A stretch of 64,000 nt of DNA from Candidatus Sericytochromatia bacterium (GTDB taxonomy: Bacteria; Cyanobacteriota; Sericytochromatia; UBA7694), in NCBI GenBank assembly GCA_964229355.1, contig CAXRDE010000023.1:195125-259124 (forward strand). Reading direction: 5' to 3'. Made by a program: the position numbers and the translations under genes. The notes beneath the pieces were generated by a model, which was not told where the DNA came from, did not search any database, and saw only the letters and a program-made list of their open reading frames with translations. Positions 60,357 through 64,000 of this stretch are shown one piece after another (positions within the stretch are counted from its first letter, which is position 1; every line of letters begins with the position of its first letter).

Positions 60357-62823
60357 TCAGGCCATCTTTCAAACGGCTAAGCGCACCATTGACGCCGGCT
60401 GCCGCTGGCAGTTGATATTGTCGAGCCAGCATGGCACCATGAGAAAGCACGCCACCCAGCTCCAGAATCAATCCACCCGCCTGTGTCAATGCCTGCTCCC
60501 AAAAGGGCTCAAAATAGTCGGTGACAATAATTTCTCCGGCTTGCAGATACTTTAAATCCTCAGAGCGACGAATGCAGCGGACTTTGCCCAGGGCTTCACC
60601 CTGACTGGCCGCATAGCCTGACAGCTCAATGGCTTCAAGACGATTCTTGTCTTCGGTTCCCAGGCGGTGGGCGATCCGACGCTTGTACTTACGGGATTGG
60701 ATAAACTCCCGCAAAGCTTTAATTTTGTAAGCATTCATCGTGTTTTGGGTCATCTCACGAATTTCAGAAATTTTCAGGTAGAAAATATCCTGGGGCGAAT
60801 CCAGAGGCAGATAACGGGACATCGCCAATAAAAGGCTACGCAAGCGCGGCATCAACATGTTTAAATAATACGGTTCTTCTGCCACGGTACTTTGGTAACT
60901 CTGACTCAGATGTAAAAGCGTGACAAACGTCAATTTTTGCAGGGTTTGCTGCCAGGTAAAGCCGTTCATTAAAGTTTCCGTCAGATCCTGGCGTTCCTGG
61001 GTTTGTGCTTCCTGCCAAAAAGGGCGGTTTTCATGAATGGCTTCAAGTAAGGTTTGGGTCACCATCTGAGGCGCATCAAGAAAGCTGCTGTACAAAGGTT
61101 CAAGGTGTACCTTATCAAAGCCCAGATGGCTCAACTGCTCAAGAGCCTGATCCAACCAGTGACGGGTGGGCTCTTTCAGCATCAACTGCTGTACCACATA
61201 AAAGGCGGAGCCATTCACCTGGTTGGCAGATTTAAACAGTTCTAAAAGCTCAGGCGTCGCCACAATCTCCTGGCGCAAACGCTCCAAATAGCGCAGGGCT
61301 TCACTGTGGCGATTGTCCAGGTTTTGAAACAACATTCGGTAATCATAATCCTCAGGCAGGTTGTGTTGCGCAAAATCCACAAACAACACGCTGATCACAT
61401 GGCTCATACTGCGCACATGCAAGGCCTGAGTCATAAAGTCCTGGGCCAGCGTCATCATTTGCTCCAGAGTCTCTAACAATGCTTTAACGCCCCAGGTGCT
61501 ATAGTCGTGCTCCCAGGCCTGACGCATGGTCTCGCTCAATTGGCGGTACACCCGATACCACACCTGTTGTTGGGCAAAAATCTGCCGCAGCAGCTGAGGG
61601 TAACGCTGATACACAGGCTGTTCCGCAAGCTCAGCCCATAAACCTTGCCAACGCTGATCCAGATAGGCCACAAACAAAGGGTTTAGCATCGGGCGATCAT
61701 TGTTCAATTGGACCCAATGACTTTGGGGCTCAGGATGAATATCAGCGGCCGCCAAAGCCTGGGGCAAGACTTGATTCAATACCGGCTCCCATAAAGACCA
61801 TCCCAAAGGAGAAAACGGCTTTTCAAAATAGGGGATTTTTTGCTGCAAATCATCCCATTGCAATTCTTCCGTGTAGTAAGAGGTGGGCGCTTTAATCGCC
61901 ATTAACTGGTTGACCACAAAGCCCTGGGGCCCTTTAAACCACTCAATTTCAAGGGGGTATTTATAGCCTTTGAGCAAGGCTTCGGCCATCGCCGCCAACT
62001 GCCCCACCTCGGTGTCTGAAATCGCGGCCTGATGCCGTTGATCTTTATCGATGGGCACTTCAGCCACCGCCCAGGGTTCAGCAAACACAAAGCGCAGGGG
62101 TTTTTCGGCAATCTGACGGTGGGTAACTTTCTGCATTTCACGATGCCATACCAGGTGATCGGGCAACATCACGCCACGGCTAACCGCTTCATTTAATCCA
62201 CGGGCCGCTTCAATGACGAAGGATTGATCATTGGCCTGGGGAGCATAGGTCAGCAAACTTCCCGAAGCATAAGGCGTTTCGAGCACTTGCACCAGCACGG
62301 CGGCATCGACCCAGTTTTTATGCAAACGTTCTTCGCTAAAACGGTACTGAATAATATCGTCGAGCCAGAGATAGGCCCAGGCCATTTTCAGGGCTTTTTC
62401 AAAATCAATGAGGCTTTTAACCCCCAGAATTGGCCGTAAGCGCTTGGCAAAATCTGCGCCATGGCCAGAACTCATGGACGGCCGCAAAACCAGCGCTCCG
62501 GGCTTTTCAGGAAACAATTCACGATACGCAGCCCGCAACTCGGTCAGTACGGGCGAAGGCACCGCTTGCTTGAACAGATAATGCTGAATGGTGCGGGCGG
62601 CGTCAAGGGCTTCATCATAGCTCATATGGGGCAGCTGAGCAGGGTGCAATCCGGTTTGTTCGAGAGCCAATTGGTATGCCGCCGTGGTAATGACAAAGCC
62701 TTTCATCACAGGCTGCTCTAAGCGTTTGGCCACAGCCAGGTTTAACGCTTTATAGCCCACCAATGACACATGCTTGGGGTGCACATCGTCCAGCCAAATG
62801 ATATGAGGCAATTCTGTAGTCAC
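60268..62823 (-). CDS. PEP synthase / pyruvate-phosphate dikinase-like two-domain protein (rifampin-phosphotransferase-like architecture)
   Basis: N-terminal PPDK_N/ATP-grasp pattern VSLVGYKALNLAVAKRLEQPVMKGFVITTAAY. C-terminal PEP-utilising mobile His domain GGLILELGGVLSHGAMLARQYQLPAAAGV. A ~450-aa central region of unknown function lies between them. The start is GTG with AGGAG 7 nt upstream. Confidence 0.65.
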   Translation of the reverse strand: MTTELPHIIWLDDVHPKHVSLVGYKALNLAVAKRLEQPVMKGFVITTAAYQLALEQTGLHPAQLPHMSYDEALDAARTIQHYLFKQAVPSPVLTELRAAYRELFPEKPGALVLRPSMSSGHGADFAKRLRPILGVKSLIDFEKALKMAWAYLWLDDIIQYRFSEERLHKNWVDAAVLVQVLETPYASGSLLTYAPQANDQSFVIEAARGLNEAVSRGVMLPDHLVWHREMQKVTHRQIAEKPLRFVFAEPWAVAEVPIDKDQRHQAAISDTEVGQLAAMAEALLKGYKYPLEIEWFKGPQGFVVNQLMAIKAPTSYYTEELQWDDLQQKIPYFEKPFSPLGWSLWEPVLNQVLPQALAAADIHPEPQSHWVQLNNDRPMLNPLFVAYLDQRWQGLWAELAEQPVYQRYPQLLRQIFAQQQVWYRVYRQLSETMRQAWEHDYSTWGVKALLETLEQMMTLAQDFMTQALHVRSMSHVISVLFVDFAQHNLPEDYDYRMLFQNLDNRHSEALRYLERLRQEIVATPELLELFKSANQVNGSAFYVVQQLMLKEPTRHWLDQALEQLSHLGFDKVHLEPLYSSFLDAPQMVTQTLLEAIHENRPFWQEAQTQERQDLTETLMNGFTWQQTLQKLTFVTLLHLSQSYQSTVAEEPYYLNMLMPRLRSLLLAMSRYLPLDSPQDIFYLKISEIREMTQNTMNAYKIKALREFIQSRKYKRRIAHRLGTEDKNRLEAIELSGYAASQGEALGKVRCIRRSEDLKYLQAGEIIVTDYFEPFWEQALTQAGGLILELGGVLSHGAMLARQYQLPAAAGVNGALSRLKDGLIVRLDGNTGAIQAYQAESLERSEAWVTSE

Positions 62824-62863
62824 GCACTTGCTCCTTTTGTGAATGGTATTCTATCATGACAGC

Positions 62864-63589
62864 ATGTGTAATATTCTGGACTATCCCCATCCCGCCTTAA
62901 CAGTAGATATCGTACTTTTTACCATCATGGACGACGACTTAAAAGTCCTTCTGGTACAGCGCTCTGTGGCCCCCTTTGCACAAATGTGGACCTTGCCGGG
63001 GGGATTTGTCCACCGCCACCAAAGTCTAGAAGAAGCCGCCTTGCACAAACTCAAAGAAAAAACCAATGTGGATCACATCTATCTAGAGCAGCTCTACACC
63101 TTTGGTGACCCTGGTCGCGATCCGCGAACCCACGTGGTGACCATTGCCTATTACGCCCTGGTAAGCTCAGAAAATTTTCAACTCAAACCGTCCGCTGCCG
63201 TCAGCGAGGTGCGTTGGCACTCCATTTATGAGTTACCCGCCCTGGGTTTTGACCATGAGCGCATTCTTGGCTATGCTCTGCAACGCTTACGCAATAAACT
63301 CAGTTACACCACCGTGGGCTCGCAGCTCTTGCCCGAAAAATTTACGCTGCCTGAACTCTGCCGCATGTATGAAGTGATTTTAGACAGCCAGATCGATAAA
63401 CGCAACTTCCGCAAGAAGATCGCCTTACTGGATATTCTCGAAGAGACCGACGAAACCACACAGAAATACTCAAAAAAGCCCGCCCGATTGTACCGCTTTA
63501 AAAACTCCGATATCGTGGATCTCCCGCAAACCAGCTTACAGGGTATTCAAGGTAAATTGTCTCAAAGCCTGTCGGGGCGACCCAGCTAA
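62864..63589 (+). CDS. NrtR-like Nudix-domain transcriptional regulator
   Basis: N-terminal Nudix fold LTVDIVLFT...LLVQR...WTLPGGFVHRHQSLEEAALHKLKEKT with a degenerate Nudix box. The C-terminal winged-helix FTLPELCRMYEVILDSQIDKRNFRKKIALLDILEETDE...KKPARLYRF matches the NrtR wHTH. An alternative ATG lies at 62843. Confidence 0.55.
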   Translation: MCNILDYPHPALTVDIVLFTIMDDDLKVLLVQRSVAPFAQMWTLPGGFVHRHQSLEEAALHKLKEKTNVDHIYLEQLYTFGDPGRDPRTHVVTIAYYALVSSENFQLKPSAAVSEVRWHSIYELPALGFDHERILGYALQRLRNKLSYTTVGSQLLPEKFTLPELCRMYEVILDSQIDKRNFRKKIALLDILEETDETTQKYSKKPARLYRFKNSDIVDLPQTSLQGIQGKLSQSLSGRPS

Positions 63590-63591
63590 AG

Positions 63592-64000
63592 ATGGGTTCA
63601 CTGAACGACCACATCCCCGAAAATTTTCTTGCCTACTTGAGCCAAAGTCTGGGTTGGACAGCGCAGCAAATCCACACCTACACCCGCGAATGGAAGGCCG
63701 CACGCCAGGAATTATTAGCTCCTCTCACGGGGAAATGGCTTGGCCCCAATCGCTCTGGTCAATTAAGCCTCATCAGTTTTCCTGAGGAGGTACCCCTTGA
63801 AACCCTGCGGATTCAAACCGATCAAGGACGCGTGGGCACACGCCGGATTCAATACTTTGACAGCAATGCCGGTAAACCCGGCGCAGAAGAGCTATTGCCC
63901 GCGGACGCACGCCCGGGGGTTTTGTTTACGGAGCAGGGGTGCTTTTTATTTGACGAGGCCTTAAAGCAAAGTCCCCACTTGCCCGAAATTGAGTCCTTTA
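63592..64000 (+). CDS. hypothetical protein (5' part; runs off window)
   Basis: Open frame from an ATG 3 nt after the NrtR stop to the window end (MGSLNDHIPENFLAYLSQSLGW...). No family recognised. Confidence 0.3.
   Translation, partial: MGSLNDHIPENFLAYLSQSLGWTAQQIHTYTREWKAARQELLAPLTGKWLGPNRSGQLSLISFPEEVPLETLRIQTDQGRVGTRRIQYFDSNAGKPGAEELLPADARPGVLFTEQGCFLFDEALKQSPHLPEIESF

Overview
This 64-kb window is bacterial chromosomal DNA, moderately G+C-rich by eye and densely coded. It has no rRNA, no recognisable tRNA, no CRISPR array, and no transposase or integrase. Most of it is housekeeping, motility and signalling genes, with one candidate defence module inserted among them.

Left third (mostly minus strand):
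- a 3'-truncated thiolase and an M3B oligoendopeptidase F;
- a translationally coupled Pro/Gln-rich plus 778-aa coiled-coil protein pair of unknown function;
- a CarboxypepD_reg lipoprotein;
- cobalamin-dependent methionine synthase (metH), convergent with dUTPase (dut) and sharing its stop codon;
- a coiled-coil/receiver-domain protein followed by a stand-alone flagellin with a clean intrinsic terminator;
- a GFA-family protein and murA;
- an F1Fo ATP synthase cluster in the order b'-b-delta-alpha-gamma-beta-epsilon, with no atpB (a) or atpE (c) in the window.

Immediately upstream of the atp cluster on the same strand:
- two tandem giant paralogs of the flagellar hook/rod (FlgE/FlgG) family, 634 and 779 aa;
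- an unknown 469-aa protein translationally coupled to the first paralog.

Divergent from that block is the most system-like element in the window. Its first gene encodes an N-terminal PUA/EVE-like domain fused to a McrB-family AAA+ GTPase. This gene is followed, with a 14-nt overlap, by a McrC-like protein carrying a PD...ExK nuclease motif. Together they look like a type IV (modification-dependent) restriction module. It sits directly upstream of thrB-lysC.

The right half begins with a PAS histidine kinase, a secreted two-HKD phospholipase-D-family protein and a VWA lipoprotein, followed by a roughly 20-kb run of same-strand genes:
- a P2-type cation ATPase;
- a 973-aa beta-helix/Pmp-like plus IPT/TIG lipoprotein with a C-terminal FKBP peptidyl-prolyl isomerase domain;
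- an MscS channel;
- a PAS-GGDEF-EAL protein;
- an FHA-adenylate cyclase;
- a GST-like protein, a saccharopine-dehydrogenase-family protein and an S8 protease;
- a 1100-aa TPR plus glycosyltransferase family 2 (GT2) protein;
- a hyper-acidic protein.

The window ends with a compact minus-strand six-gene operon. It encodes a PEP-synthase/rifampin-phosphotransferase-like protein, a HemD-like protein, an ApaH/PrpE-like metallophosphoesterase and an ABC-2 exporter. This operon is divergently abutted by an NrtR-like Nudix regulator.

The taxon cannot be named from sequence alone. Start codons were adjusted where an SD or better N-terminus justified it; the supplied ORF track counts TTG/GTG starts as M.
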